Shown here: positions 14,571-26,157 of the stretch, in pieces
Numbering within the stretch: position 1 is the first letter of the stretch
Layout of the letters: every line of letters starts with the position of its first letter
Source: Lophium mytilinum
Taxonomy: Eukaryota
DNA length: 64,000 nucleotides
Assembly: GCA_010093605.1 (NCBI GenBank)
Contig: MU004183.1
Span: 2,108,001-2,172,000, forward strand
Direction: 5' to 3'
Notes under the pieces: model-generated
Databases searched by the model: none
The model's input: the letters and a program-made list of their open reading frames with translations, nothing else
What the model was told of the DNA's origin: nothing
Translations under genes and position numbers: made by a program

Positions 14571-15281
14571 GTCTGCTTCCAAAACTAGTTATCTATCTAG
14601 ATCTAGTAGGACATTCAGCCCCATCTCCATATTCGCTTTCTTTTTCGGACCTTTATGTTCGATTTTAGCATACCATGGCATTGCACGGGACTCTCTAGTG
14701 TGAAGCTAGCTCGTCCCCGGTTTAGCTTTGAAGGGAGAATTTGAAGTAGAGAATGAGAGAGATTGTGAAGATCAGGGATGTGGTGGTGGAGGTGATGGTA
14801 AGGAGAGGCTGGCTAAGATAGCCGATGATCATGCACCATAGAAATGAAGAATGGCGAATGTAGCATATTCCGTAGGTCGGATCGACTCACGGCGGAAAGA
14901 TTATCAGTCTTTTGATCAACTTCATTTCCATACCGTTGTAAATGAATGTTAGTCCAATGACCCCGGTAGAGTCCGCGAACCGAAAGCTGTTCCGTGAGCT
15001 TTGCCATGCGTAACTTACCTCGGCAAGCTCGCGCTTTAAACTCCGTCGCAATTTTACCCGAGGACGACAAATAGCAACGAAGAATGTGAAAGTATAAAGG
15101 TTGCATGAAGGCTTCAACTCACTTCGTACGCGGCGACAAAACAGAAGATAAAAGAAAAAGGGGAACATCACTTGAAGACTTGATAATATCGAACGCCTGA
15201 AACACCTAGCCTAAACACTATGAACTCCAAATCCCCGGTGAACCCCAATAAACTCCACAAATGCATCTTATAATCTCATAA

Positions 15282-16217
15282 TCACTCCTCGCAGTCACAA
15301 TCTACCCACTCGGTCCTACACAGCGCACAACTAAATACCATATCCAAGTGCATATCATCCTCCTCAAACCAACTCTGCATCCGTGATTCCCGCCATAATT
15401 CAACACACTCTGTATGCATACTACGTCCACAACCACTCTTGCACCATGTAAGCTCTGAAAGGTCTGATGCGGGTTCTCGGCATATGGGGCACTCGTCATC
15501 GGGCGCACGGCGGGGTTCATGGATGAGACCTAACGGGCATGATATAGGGTGGTGATGAGGTGAGAGAGTATGAGAAGATACAGAACGACGAAGTAAAGGT
15601 GCAGGGGAGGCAGTGCGTGAATTCGGTGCCGAGTGAATGGCCTGGTGGGGAATCTCGATAGTCGGGACAGGCGTGTTAGAAGTCTCCCTGGAGTTTGTGC
15701 GAGTGGAGAGCTCGTCCAGACCTTCGAGCACCTGACGAACGAGACGCAGTCTGGCCAGGTCTATACCATCGAGCTCGGGCGAAGGGCGGCTAGAGGGAGT
15801 GTTTCGAGTAGTTGGTAGTCCTGGTGTGGCGGCGTCAGGGACTGTAGTGTTTGCTATTTCGACGACTCCACCGGGATAAGCTTCTATAATCTTATTCTTC
15901 CACATTTGTACCACAGTAGCGGACTGCTCCTGGTGCTTATTACGCTTGTTTCTACATAAGCCATAGCCAGCGATCCGAGACAAGATTTGATCTAATGCGT
16001 CCGCATCAGGTTGGCGGGTTGAGAGTTTGCGGAGAAGCTTCTGCATGTCGTTGGCATTCGCATAGGCAAGCGCAGTACGACATTTTCGATTTTGAGAGGT
16101 GGCCTCTCCGACGCAGCGTTGGTCGCGCTCGATTCCAAGAGTGGTGTAGGGATCCCATAGTACTATAGGCTGAATATGAGGATTGGTGGATGCTCTGGAG
16201 GGAGCTGTGAAAGACAT
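15282..16217 (-). CDS. C-terminal RING-type zinc finger protein
   Basis: CPIC...WCKSGCGRSMHTEC...W...CALCRTEW; additional N-terminal Cys/His motif. Confidence 0.85.
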   Translation of the reverse strand: MSFTAPSRASTNPHIQPIVLWDPYTTLGIERDQRCVGEATSQNRKCRTALAYANANDMQKLLRKLSTRQPDADALDQILSRIAGYGLCRNKRNKHQEQSATVVQMWKNKIIEAYPGGVVEIANTTVPDAATPGLPTTRNTPSSRPSPELDGIDLARLRLVRQVLEGLDELSTRTNSRETSNTPVPTIEIPHQAIHSAPNSRTASPAPLLRRSVSSHTLSPHHHPISCPLGLIHEPRRAPDDECPICREPASDLSELTWCKSGCGRSMHTECVELWRESRMQSWFEEDDMHLDMVFSCALCRTEWVDCDCEE

Positions 16218-17298
16218 GATTGAAGGTAATGTGAATCGAGATAGTGTGGAATCAAGAATGGATAGTAATGAACTGCATAATATGAAGCGTATGGCACACC
16301 GTCCTTATACGCGTTACTTGTCAGGCTGCATAATTCCGGTGCCTGATCTGGGTACAAGGCTGGGTCCAGATCTCCACCGATCAAACACATGCACCTTCCA
16401 CATGAGAAGGAACTGCATGACAGAACGTCGAGGCTTGCAGGAAGGAGGTGGCTGCAACATGAGGGATGCAGGACACAGCTAATCAAAAAGCCTGCAACAG
16501 TCTGGGGGAACGACGCACAGCCCATCGATTCGTGGCTGTGGTGGCGAACGTCAAGCGTCGCAAGGCTTGATTGCCTGAAGGGGGGTGGTCCTTGAGGATG
16601 AATGGTCGTACCGGCGGTTTTAAATAGCAGCCTGATGATCGAAAGGGCAGTGATTTGCGTAATCTAGGATGGTGATGAGTGAGGCGGGAGCAGCCGCCTG
16701 CTATCCATCTGCTCTCGCCCAGTGTTTCGCGGAACGGGCCTTGGGACAGGTCCACGATTGGTTTGCGTTTCTCGGCAAAAGGTACAAGAAATTAAGAGCT
16801 TCTGGCACGCTTTGAAGAACTTGAATCATGATCTGTGTCAAATGGAGATCAGGAGGATGGTCCACGTCACGTGATATATACCATCTCTGAATCATCCCCG
16901 GTAGACCTACAGGCTCTATAGAGGCTTATGCATTCACATTAGCATGGGATAAGCGCCAGGATACACTATTGAGGTAGTCTAATCACTCTAGTAGCTGTTC
17001 AAGATGATAAGACTTCGTCCCTTTCGAAATTGCGAAGATTATTTGGGACACTACAAGTAGCAGTAAATGAGTGTACGTGAAACAATAACGATGCATTAGA
17101 GAACGATATGAGAAGCGATGAGGAGATGTCACGGGGCTGTCTCCATATGTCCCAAAACCAAGGTGCAATGGTGGCGAGCTGACAGAAGCGATAATCAAGG
17201 CTTAATACCGGTGTGCTTCAAACCATGGCCTAGGGCTATATGTAAGCACATTCGTCACTCAATCTCTCAGTTCGCTACGTAGGTCCTCTCTTGGTCAC

Positions 17299-18475
17299 TC
17301 AATTACCAAAATCTACAAGTTGCTCCCCCAGCTCTTTTACGCTCTCCTCCAAACCGGTCCACCCTTCCACTCCCATTCTCTTCAACAGCTCCAACGCCCG
17401 CTGATTCGGCACCTTACAAAGATCAGGCTCCTGTCCCTCTATATCCTCGGGAAAGGTGCGGTCCGGGAACTGCTTTCGCGCAATCGCGAGGACCTGGTTC
17501 CAGGTAAAAGGCTCCGCGAACGCGAAAAGCCGCTCGTCAGTGACATCGGCGTAAATCAAAGCGGCGATGTGGATGAGAGCGTCGTCGACAGGGTCGATGT
17601 ACCATTCTGTGTGGAATTAGGGGTCGAGTCATGTAGGTGGGGGGGAGGACAGAGTACGTACGTGGCTGCATTACCTTCTCATACCCCTTCAGCGTTTCAG
17701 GGTCGAAGAGGAGGACCCGGACCCAATTTGCTATACTCGGGAACCCTTGCTTGTCTGGGCGGAGGACTTTACCGATATTGCAGTTTGGTAGCTATATCAG
17801 AAGACCTAAATATCAATAACATGATCTATTGTATTTCCTATTACGTTGCGCTTGGTGCCATGAACTTACAACAGAGTTGAACGCATAATGCGGCTTGTTC
17901 TCCCGCAACCACTCCCAAACATCCTTCTCGGCCTGCGCCTTACTACCACCATAGATGTACAGCCCATGCATCTCCGGCGGCTCATCCGCTGGGAACTTCC
18001 ACGCCTTCGCGATGGCCTCCTCGTTGAAGGATGTCGCGTCAATGGAGAACTCAACACCCGGTCTCGCCATCGTAGCAGCAATGGACGAAGACGTGAAAAC
18101 GACCCTCTGTAAACCGAGCTCCTTAGCAGCAGCCTTCAGGGCATTCAGCGCTCCAGCTGAGGCGATGGGGATGGTATCTTCAGGGGTGCTGCCGGAGAGC
18201 GGAGACGCCGTGTGGATGAAGCCGGAGACGTTCTTCACGGCTTCGTCGTAGCAGCCCTCAACTGTGATATCAGGGACAGCCACTAGAGAGAGTTGGGCAC
18301 CCCTGTGGCGCTGGCCGAAGAACTCGGTCAGCCAAGCGCTTTTTTGGACATCCCGCACTGCGCCGCGCACATGGTAGCCGCGGGCGAGGAGCTGGTCGGC
18401 GATGTGGCTGCCTATCATACCATTGACGCCTGTGACGAGGATGAGGGAGCCTTGGTAGAGCGTCTGGGAAGCCAT
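17299..18475 (-). CDS. NAD(P)-dependent epimerase/aldehyde reductase II-like SDR (3 exons)
   Basis: VTGVNGMIGSH Rossmann motif, HTASP, FTSS, YGGSK catalytic YxxxK; middle exon LPNCNIGKVL...QP joins QWYIDPVDDALIH. Confidence 0.93.
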
Positions 18476-19606
18476 GGTGGCAATGTGGGAAGATGTATCT
18501 TATATCGATGGACTGTGTAAGAGCGATGCTATTGGATGAGAAGACACTATCGAGAAAAGTCGCGGCGTCCTTCTGCAAAAGTATGCAAACACACAAGAGG
18601 TGATTTTATGGAATGGTTATGAGGTTCAAATGAGTTGTGTAAATAGAAGAAATTTGTTTCCGGAATCTGGGAATTGACGCGCTATTATACTCTTAAGCGG
18701 CAGGGAATACATCATGCAGCATTACAGGATTACACTAGGCTGGAAGGAGCTAGATAAAGATTAGGAATATATCGGGTGCAGCAATCTTTCCGACAGGATG
18801 AGGAAAGGCACCTGATTTAGCGACCGCTAGACGACTCCTTTGAAACATCTGATGTGAGATGGACGGGAGCAATGCAGAAACTTGTGGGGAGGCTGCATCC
18901 TATCAAAAGACATAACCTAAGCTTCTTTACTCAAAACCAAGAATCGGCAAGGAAATCTGCTGACAGGCGATGAAAAGACTGTTGCCTAGCTATGAATCTC
19001 TATTCCGACTAACGCAACGAGTGCTGATTTGATCCCCTTCACATGATCATGATACACTTCTCAATCTGGCTAATTCAAAGCCGGTAGGGGCAGAATCTGC
19101 CGAGATCAATAAAGGTCCGAGGATCGAGCTCTACAGGGCCATGGACAGCGATATACGATCGAATCATGGGATTGCAGTCGATCTGAAGTGCCAGAAGTCA
19201 AAGTGACCTTCAGAAGTGAAAGCTTCGAGATGGGATTGGGCCAAATCTTCAGGCAACTGTGTACGGGTCGTCTGGCAGTGTAAGAACGTTAAGGGTATGA
19301 GAAGGTGTGATACGTCAAAGAGATGATTGATTTTGGACCATTTGAAGTGTTCTTGCTCGCTTTACAAGATAAGAAGCCAACTAGTGGAGACCTAAAAAGA
19401 GTATAAACGTAGTCTTCTTCACGTAGAGGGGGAGGTACCTATTACCCCCTATTCGGCACCGGAATAACTCCAGAGCCGACCTCTCTCGAATCCAACCCAT
19501 TAATAAACCCAGTCCACCGCTCCGTCATGCCTTGCACATGCTCCTCTCTCTCTAAAAACTCCTCCATACACTCTTTCTCCTACCCAATTGCTCCTCCCGC
19601 GCAAAA

Positions 19607-20692
19607 ATGGCTCGGCAACGCCAACAACGCGCCCAAAAACCCCCTCAAACGAAAGCCTACAAATCGAGACTCCCTCCAATCCCCGAACCCTTCGTTCCCG
19701 CGCCACCAGAGCTGGAAGATTTCCTCGCGACTCTTCCCAAGAAATCTGTCTACATCACACACATAGACCGCCACCCAGCCTTCTTCAAACGCAACATATT
19801 CACAGTTCCCGTGTTACTCAACGTCGGAATCGCGGGACTGCTGCTCTGGCGAGCATGGGCGATAATACCAATATACTGGGGCGTCATACTATCGATGCTC
19901 GGCAATCCGAACGAGCACACCATCTTCGTGAAAGACTCATCGTGGTGGAAGCTCGCGACTCAGATTGCGTTGCGGGCGGCGAGTTTCCTACTAGATTGGG
20001 TGCTTGTGACGGTCGTGGCGCCGTGGCCATACACCTTCTTCTATGAAGGAGAGGAGACACCGGTGAGCTGGCGGTGGAAGGTTGGGTTCCGGGATGCGGA
20101 GGTGTACGTGCGGGTTAGTAGGGGCTGGGGGCAGGCGGATCTACTGGGTGCAGTGAAGGATGGAGGGAGTGGGAAGAGAGGGGGTGAGAGTCCGTTTTTC
20201 AAGGTGCGGATTCTGCCAGCTATAGAGAGGAACAGGGTGCAGGGCAAGACGGGCTATCTGCTTATGGATAAAGATTGGGATTTGGAGTTTGCGGCTATGG
20301 TGGATGCGACAAAGTTACTCGATCTAGGGGAGTTGAAGGAAGAGTTTCTCGAAAAGAGCGTGTTTGTGTGGTGTGGAGAAGAGGAGGGAGAGGGCCAATG
20401 GGTTGTCTGGAATTGCTACAAGCTGGACGAGGGATCTGAGACTGAGGGCAGGAAGCGAATTGTGCAATTCAAGGACACGCTCATGGCACTTGGGAAAGAG
20501 AACCTCTTCTTCCGCTGGATTGAGCTGATCCAATATGAGAGCAGCCAACCTGGTGGTTTTACTCCTGAACGGCAGGTTCAGGCTGCTGAGAAAGCGAAAC
20601 AGATGTTCCAGGAGCAGGGTGTGGACTGGGACGAGTTTATCGCAGCCTCTGGGGGATTAGACAACCTGCCAGGAATGGAATTGCAGAAGTGA
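19607..20692 (+). CDS. Conserved-looking fungal hypothetical membrane protein, 361 aa
   Basis: Intronless ORF with coding-like bias and 2 hydrophobic segments; VYITHIDRHP and ENLFFRWIELIQYES blocks. Confidence 0.85.
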   Translation: MARQRQQRAQKPPQTKAYKSRLPPIPEPFVPAPPELEDFLATLPKKSVYITHIDRHPAFFKRNIFTVPVLLNVGIAGLLLWRAWAIIPIYWGVILSMLGNPNEHTIFVKDSSWWKLATQIALRAASFLLDWVLVTVVAPWPYTFFYEGEETPVSWRWKVGFRDAEVYVRVSRGWGQADLLGAVKDGGSGKRGGESPFFKVRILPAIERNRVQGKTGYLLMDKDWDLEFAAMVDATKLLDLGELKEEFLEKSVFVWCGEEEGEGQWVVWNCYKLDEGSETEGRKRIVQFKDTLMALGKENLFFRWIELIQYESSQPGGFTPERQVQAAEKAKQMFQEQGVDWDEFIAASGGLDNLPGMELQK

Positions 20693-20990
20693 TTGAAGAA
20701 GTATTTATCAGTTCGATTATTCTCGACTCAGCACGTCGTCGTGATTCAGGCCTTTCATGATGACTCCCGAGCCAGCCTTTTTCCCAGATCTTACACATCA
20801 TATCCTACAACTCACATCCTACAGGTCTTGCCTTCGTTTTTGTTGAGACGCCCATGCTCAAGTGTAGTGCTTCCCGTCATATGCTTCCGAGGGAAACCCC
20901 CAGTGGTATACCTAAACGCCAGTCCAATGCTTTCAAGATCGCCGATCCCTTCTCTGCTCAGGTCTTCATCTTCGCCGATCCGTTTTCTGC

Positions 20991-21965
20991 TTAAGTCTTC
21001 ATCTTTGCAGACCGGCACTCGCATCCGTCTTCGCACTCCGTTGGATACCTCGGATCATAATACTCGTAGCCGAAGTCATCATTCTCGCTCGCATTCCCGT
21101 CCTCCTCCGTTCTCACGGTGTCGGTCCTCTTGTCGCTCTCTCTGGCGGCCACGGCGCTCGTGTTGCTTTCCTCGGTATCATTGGACAGCTTCCTCGCCAT
21201 CTCTTCCTTGTGCTTGTCTGGCTTTTCAAGTGAGCCCTTCTCCTGTGCGCCCTCTCTTGTGCCAGATTGTATTGCTGGCATATGGATCTTGAAGAACCCT
21301 GCCTTCGGCCCATCTTTGTTCGCAGCCTTCACATCGGCTGTTTTCTTGCCCAGACCTTGAATCTTTGTGAACCCCACTCCCACCGTCGGCGCAACCTTAT
21401 CCACACCCTCGGTCTTGATCTTCTCAGCTTCAACCTGCTTCACCGGGTCTTGAACATTCGTGAACTCCACCCCCGCCATCGGCACATCCCTATCCACATT
21501 TCCAATATTGACCTTGTCGACTTCAGCCTTCTTCTCGAAGTCGTGAACCCTCGTGAACCCCACCCCCGCCATCGGCGCATCCTTGTCCACGCCTTTCACC
21601 TGGTTCTTCTTCGCTTCGGCTTGCTTAGCAAGATCTTGGATCTTCGTAAAGCCGCTCCCAGAGCTCGTAACGACAGGGGCCTTCACCAAGGCCTTGATCC
21701 GAGCCTGCTCTTTCTTTTGTCTCCGCTCGGCGCGAGCTGCTTCATCTCCCGCTCGGGGGTCGGTCAATTTCTTCGGGTTCGCGCGGTTCTGGGCGTGAGT
21801 ATGCTCGTAAGAGCTGAGATGGTTATCGTAGTCGTTCTGGCGCGTGTAGGTTTTGTTGCATAGTTGGCAGTTGAAAGGGGTCCACTGTGGGGCGGCTCTG
21901 TAGTTGGGCTGAGTGAAGTTAGTATTAGGGATCTTATATGTGCAAGGCAACGTTACTGGAGGCAT
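20991..21965 (-). CDS. C2H2 (U1/jaz-type) zinc finger protein with internal 31-aa repeats
   Basis: FNCQLCNKTYTRQNDYDNHLSSYEHTH; C-terminal YEYYDPRYPTEC. Confidence 0.85.
   Translation of the reverse strand: MPPVTLPCTYKIPNTNFTQPNYRAAPQWTPFNCQLCNKTYTRQNDYDNHLSSYEHTHAQNRANPKKLTDPRAGDEAARAERRQKKEQARIKALVKAPVVTSSGSGFTKIQDLAKQAEAKKNQVKGVDKDAPMAGVGFTRVHDFEKKAEVDKVNIGNVDRDVPMAGVEFTNVQDPVKQVEAEKIKTEGVDKVAPTVGVGFTKIQGLGKKTADVKAANKDGPKAGFFKIHMPAIQSGTREGAQEKGSLEKPDKHKEEMARKLSNDTEESNTSAVAARESDKRTDTVRTEEDGNASENDDFGYEYYDPRYPTECEDGCECRSAKMKT
21300..21653 (-). repeat. 93-bp coding tandem repeat, 3 full units plus a partial unit
   Basis: Units GFTKIQDLAKQAEAKKNQVKGVDKDAPMAGV / GFTRVHDFEKKAEVDKVNIGNVDRDVPMAGV / EFTNVQDPVKQVEAEKIKTEGVDKVAPTVGV / GFTKIQGLGKK. 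Confidence 0.9.
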
Positions 21966-22293
21966 GATGACGGTTATGAGAGAAGCCTATGTGTCGATTT
22001 GATAGGTTTGCGTACGTGAGGTAGACAGAAGGCGTGTGGACAGTCGAACCCTAAGGAACACAGCAATTAGTTCGATCAATTTCCTCGAAATACACGGCCA
22101 CGGCTCGGCGACGACGAGGCTTTGAATCGGGCTGTTGGTGATAGGTCGTGGTGTTGAAGATCGACGGCAAGATGCAGGGCGGCGGGGCCTCGGCCAAACT
22201 TCTAGGTACCGAGAAACTCAACGTCACAGGTCGGGCATGTTCTCCACACCAAGCCGATATCACCAACTTTCGCGGACCCCAGCAGCGCCGAAA

Positions 22294-23265
22294 ATGGACG
22301 ACCAGGAGAGCCTCTTGGGCCTGACAGAGGTCGAGCCATCGCCCGTAGAGGAAACACCAGTGGAATACTCGAAAGACGGGTATTTCCCTCCATCCAGCTC
22401 CCCGTCGCCGCCACCAGGATACTCCCGCACCTCGACCCTGGGATTAGGGAACCATGGGCCTGCATACTACCGTAAGAACTCTCTTTTCAATGCCTCTCAT
22501 GTACCAGATGTCCACTAACACATCTCAGTAACCCGCATCCAACGCTACTCCTCCTACACCTTCACAGCCTTCGCCTCCCTCCATATCGTCAACACCTCCC
22601 TGATTCCCCTAGTAACCCGCTCGGTACCCACTAGCGAGCCCTACCTCCTTCTCACGCGCCCAGCCTACCAATCCGCCCTTATGGAACCCCTCCTCGTCGT
22701 GCTCCCCCTCTTCGCCCATGTCGCTTCGGGAATCGCGCTACGCCTCTACCGGAGACGAATCGCACTCCGACGATATGGCGCGGAGTCCCTCTCAGACCGG
22801 AGGCACATCCCATGGCCGCCCATTAGCGGGACTTCGAAGCTCGGCTATGCCCTCGTGCCGTTACTCGGCTTCCACATGCTCGCGGCGCGCGGCCTGCCGA
22901 TGTACCTGCACGGGGACAGCGCGCTGGTGAATCTGTCGTACTTAAGCCATGGCTTTGCGCTACATCCTGTAGTCTCAAGCGCTGGGTTCACGGCGCTGAT
23001 TACGGTGGGCGCGTGGCATGTGGTGTGGGGATGGGCGCGGTGGCTAGGGCTCGCGCCACGCCACGGGCAGAGCAGTGGGGCGGAGCAGGAGCTGGTGAAG
23101 AAGCAGCGGTGGTATCAGGTCAACGGGCTTGCGGCTGCGGTGGCGGCCTTGTGGATGGCGGGGGGCTTAGGGGTTGTGGGGAGGGCGGGGAAGGTTGCCG
23201 GCTGGGTGGGTAGAGAGTATGATGAGTTGTATAGAGCGTTGCCAGTTTTGGGGAGGTTTGCTTAG
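22294..23265 (+). CDS. MCP1: DUF1691 / Mcp1-like mitochondrial outer membrane protein (intron 22472-22528)
   Basis: N-terminal LTEVEPSP; LTRIQRYSSYTFTAFASLH, HVASGIALR, GYALVPLLGFH, WHVVWG; multiple TM helices. Confidence 0.82.
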
Positions 23266-24391
23266 AGACAAATACGGGACAGTCATAGAGAGGAGCGTCG
23301 CTGGGTGTAGCCAGCATGTAACTTGATAATTCTACTTTCCCGACATGGCTTATTAGATACCAATCAAGCTCTTGTTTCTACTAGAAGCTAGGTAGGATAG
23401 AAAGGTTTGCCTTTTATACGTCTCTTCGTCGCAATAGTAGGGTTGGAGTCTGTTAGCTGTAAGAAGCGCATGCTGCTGCCTCGTGACTGGCATCTCTCTA
23501 TTCTATATATCCTATTATTCCCAGCCTCCCCTCCGTTATCGCAAGAGAGAAATAAAAGAGAGTAGCACCTATAAGCAAGAGTTAAGCAATCTATCCTGCA
23601 TGCATCGAGGACGCAAATAATTAATACTTCAGGAGCAAAACACCCCCCTCCCGGAGGAGGGGGTAGCCACCTCGGAGAGGTTTCTCTAATCCAAATCCGC
23701 AATTATGCTTTCAATCCATCGAATCTTCACCGGCATCAGCCTCACGCACCAACTGCATACAGCCTCTCAAGCCGCCTCCGAGCCGGTTCCCGAAGAAATC
23801 AGAAATCAGCTTATAACACCATAAGTCGAGTCGAGAATCGCCGACTGCTGGGGTCGAACGCCAGACCAACTTCTAAACTCAGGTGAGGTATGTCGACGGT
23901 GGGTGAAACCCACCTCGCGAGGTGCGATGCCTGGTCTCCGGCCGACGGGCTTACACTCGGTGTGGCCGACCAACTGAGCTGCTGGGCAATTAGTAAAACG
24001 TGGGGTTCGGAAATTATTTGAAATATATGGATAGGCTCACGCTCACATCTAAACAAAGATGACGTATCTGGGGGATTCGTCTCACCTAGGCGGCCACGCC
24101 TTGTCTAGCAGTTACTGCTAGTTATTTTTCACTTCATCACTGGACATAGGGTTCCTGCAGTCATTACCGTGGTCACGTTTCACAATTCATAGGTTTATTG
24201 AGGGGAGTTCTTTTTCATTTGAGGATATCTAGGGTCGGCCATTATGCCAGAATCTCTAAGAGCGACCGGATACATCTCCGACGACTTTGCAGCTCAGCAC
24301 ACCGTCAAAGAACACTGGAGCAATGGTGAGGCAACTGAGGTATGTTGTCGTGCTCCACTACACCTTGACTAGAAGTAGAGTAGCATCTCAC

Positions 24392-25423
24392 TTACCAAGT
24401 GCCCTTGCCACCGCAGAAGCACTCCGCCTCGCAGACATGGCACGCCCACAAGTTCCGCGGCGCGGCAGCCAAGAGCTTTATACGCATGAAGAGATCGGTC
24501 TCTTCTTTCTTCAACCCAGCGCGCCCATCTTCGGCGGTAGAGCTATCGACAAGCTCATGCACTGAGGTAACGAGGTCGATGTGCTGCTGGATTGAATCCG
24601 GGTCAGAATCATCACCATCCTTCTCTAGCGGCGTCGATGGCTTGGGAATCGTCGTGCGCTCGAATACCGCAGGAACCCACGGACCATCTGGATCTGGAGA
24701 CTTCAACTCGGCAGCAAAAGACACAGGACAGCAGCCAAACGGCTCCGACGCGCGCGGATACTTCACCCCGTTGTAGACTATGAAGTCCGGCTCCTCGACG
24801 CTTGGCTTGGTGTTGACGTCCGGGTCAGTCTTGCGGCGAGGGCTAGTCGCGCTCACGCTCGACGCGGGACTCATCACCATACTCGCGCTTCCCTCGGTCG
24901 AGGTTGACGCTACGCTGGCCGACCTGCTCTTCTGCTCTTGTTTGGAGCTGGGGCTTCCTGCACGCTCTTGAGGCTTTTGCGGTTGCTCGAGCCCAGCGAC
25001 TACAGTCGCGAATGTGTCGAGCGTGTCGAGCGAGCTGCATATGACGCTCATCATCATCTTGAGTGGCGGCTTTGGGAACCTACCGCTCAGGTATTGCTCG
25101 GTCAAATCGGCGAAAGATTGGACCGCATCAGCCATTAGTTGACGCGCTTCTTCGTGCTTCGGAGTCTTAGCAGTGGCAGTAGCGGCGGCATAGCGGCACG
25201 AGAGTTCATAGCCGTGAGCAATGAAGATGGCGTTGAGGTGAGGTAGTGAAACCAGATAGGGATCTACGAAGTCTCGCTTGTCGGACGGGTCTTTGCCAGA
25301 GCAGGACTCGCAAGGAAGCTTGGAGACCGTATGCTGGCAGATCATTCCATTCTCGATCTGTTCTGTGTCATCGGTGGTTAGCCGGTGATGACCGCAGCTG
25401 AAGAAGATGAGTTCTGACGGCAT
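24392..25423 (-). CDS. Hypothetical protein with N-terminal CGH...C...CxxC motif and C-terminal CHVCEAECFC
   Basis: Long ATG-initiated ORF (MPSELIFFSCGH); a GTAAG donor at the ORF end suggests a possible further short exon. Confidence 0.7.
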   Translation of the reverse strand: MPSELIFFSCGHHRLTTDDTEQIENGMICQHTVSKLPCESCSGKDPSDKRDFVDPYLVSLPHLNAIFIAHGYELSCRYAAATATAKTPKHEEARQLMADAVQSFADLTEQYLSGRFPKPPLKMMMSVICSSLDTLDTFATVVAGLEQPQKPQERAGSPSSKQEQKSRSASVASTSTEGSASMVMSPASSVSATSPRRKTDPDVNTKPSVEEPDFIVYNGVKYPRASEPFGCCPVSFAAELKSPDPDGPWVPAVFERTTIPKPSTPLEKDGDDSDPDSIQQHIDLVTSVHELVDSSTAEDGRAGLKKEETDLFMRIKLLAAAPRNLWACHVCEAECFCGGKGTW

Positions 25424-26157
25424 CGCTTGGTGCACCGGTGAGGACTTGTTACCTCCTATGTTGTTCAACCCGGGGAGATTTTAAAGAGAAAGGTGGTGAT
25501 GGATTGGAACGGGGTTGAACTTCTATATTCTCGAGATCATCAAGGGTATATATGTATGATCGTTCTTTCTCTACAACGCGATGAATTACTATCTTCTAAA
25601 TTCTCATAACTTCAATGACTAATAGTATGCAAACAATGTGAGGGTCTCGGTACTCACGTACCTAATTAAGGCGACTTGAAGGAACAAAGACTTTGTAAAG
25701 AGTCCATGCTAAGGGTGCACTAAGCACCCTCACCGGTATTATTTTATGCGTCGTTCATTCAAGGTAGAGTAGTACTACGTTACAAGGTCAAGTACACGGA
25801 TAACTTACTGCTTGGATGTTACTCTTGATCGCTGTTTGAATTAGCCTGATCACGCAGCTAGTTCAAGGGGTCTTCCAAGCTAGCTCAAACTCTAGTGTAC
25901 CGAGCTTTGCGTGCTGTCCTGACCGGGGGCCTAAGGAATCCTAAGGAATCCTAAGCAGTAGCAAATGAGAGCATACAGACTAGATTTTGAATGAAGTGTG
26001 CAGCGAAGTAAAAAGTAGAACGTCCAAAGAGAGTGCAGAATATGATATCAACATTCCAAAAAAACTACCATCGCATCAATCTCTTCGCTGTCCTGAAATA
26101 CCGAATTTGAGACCACCTACATCCTTATCACTCCACCGTTCTAAGAGGGCGCTGATA

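Noticed and set aside
23451..23818. TGTTA...TAACA-bounded, TpA-rich stretch resembling a solo LTR
   Set aside because: The flanks (GAGTC vs CCATA) give no TSD, there is no second copy, and no retroelement coding sequence is visible
25930..25956. (CCTAAGGAAT) repeated about 2.6 times
   Set aside because: Short simple tandem repeat with no spacers; not CRISPR-like or telomeric
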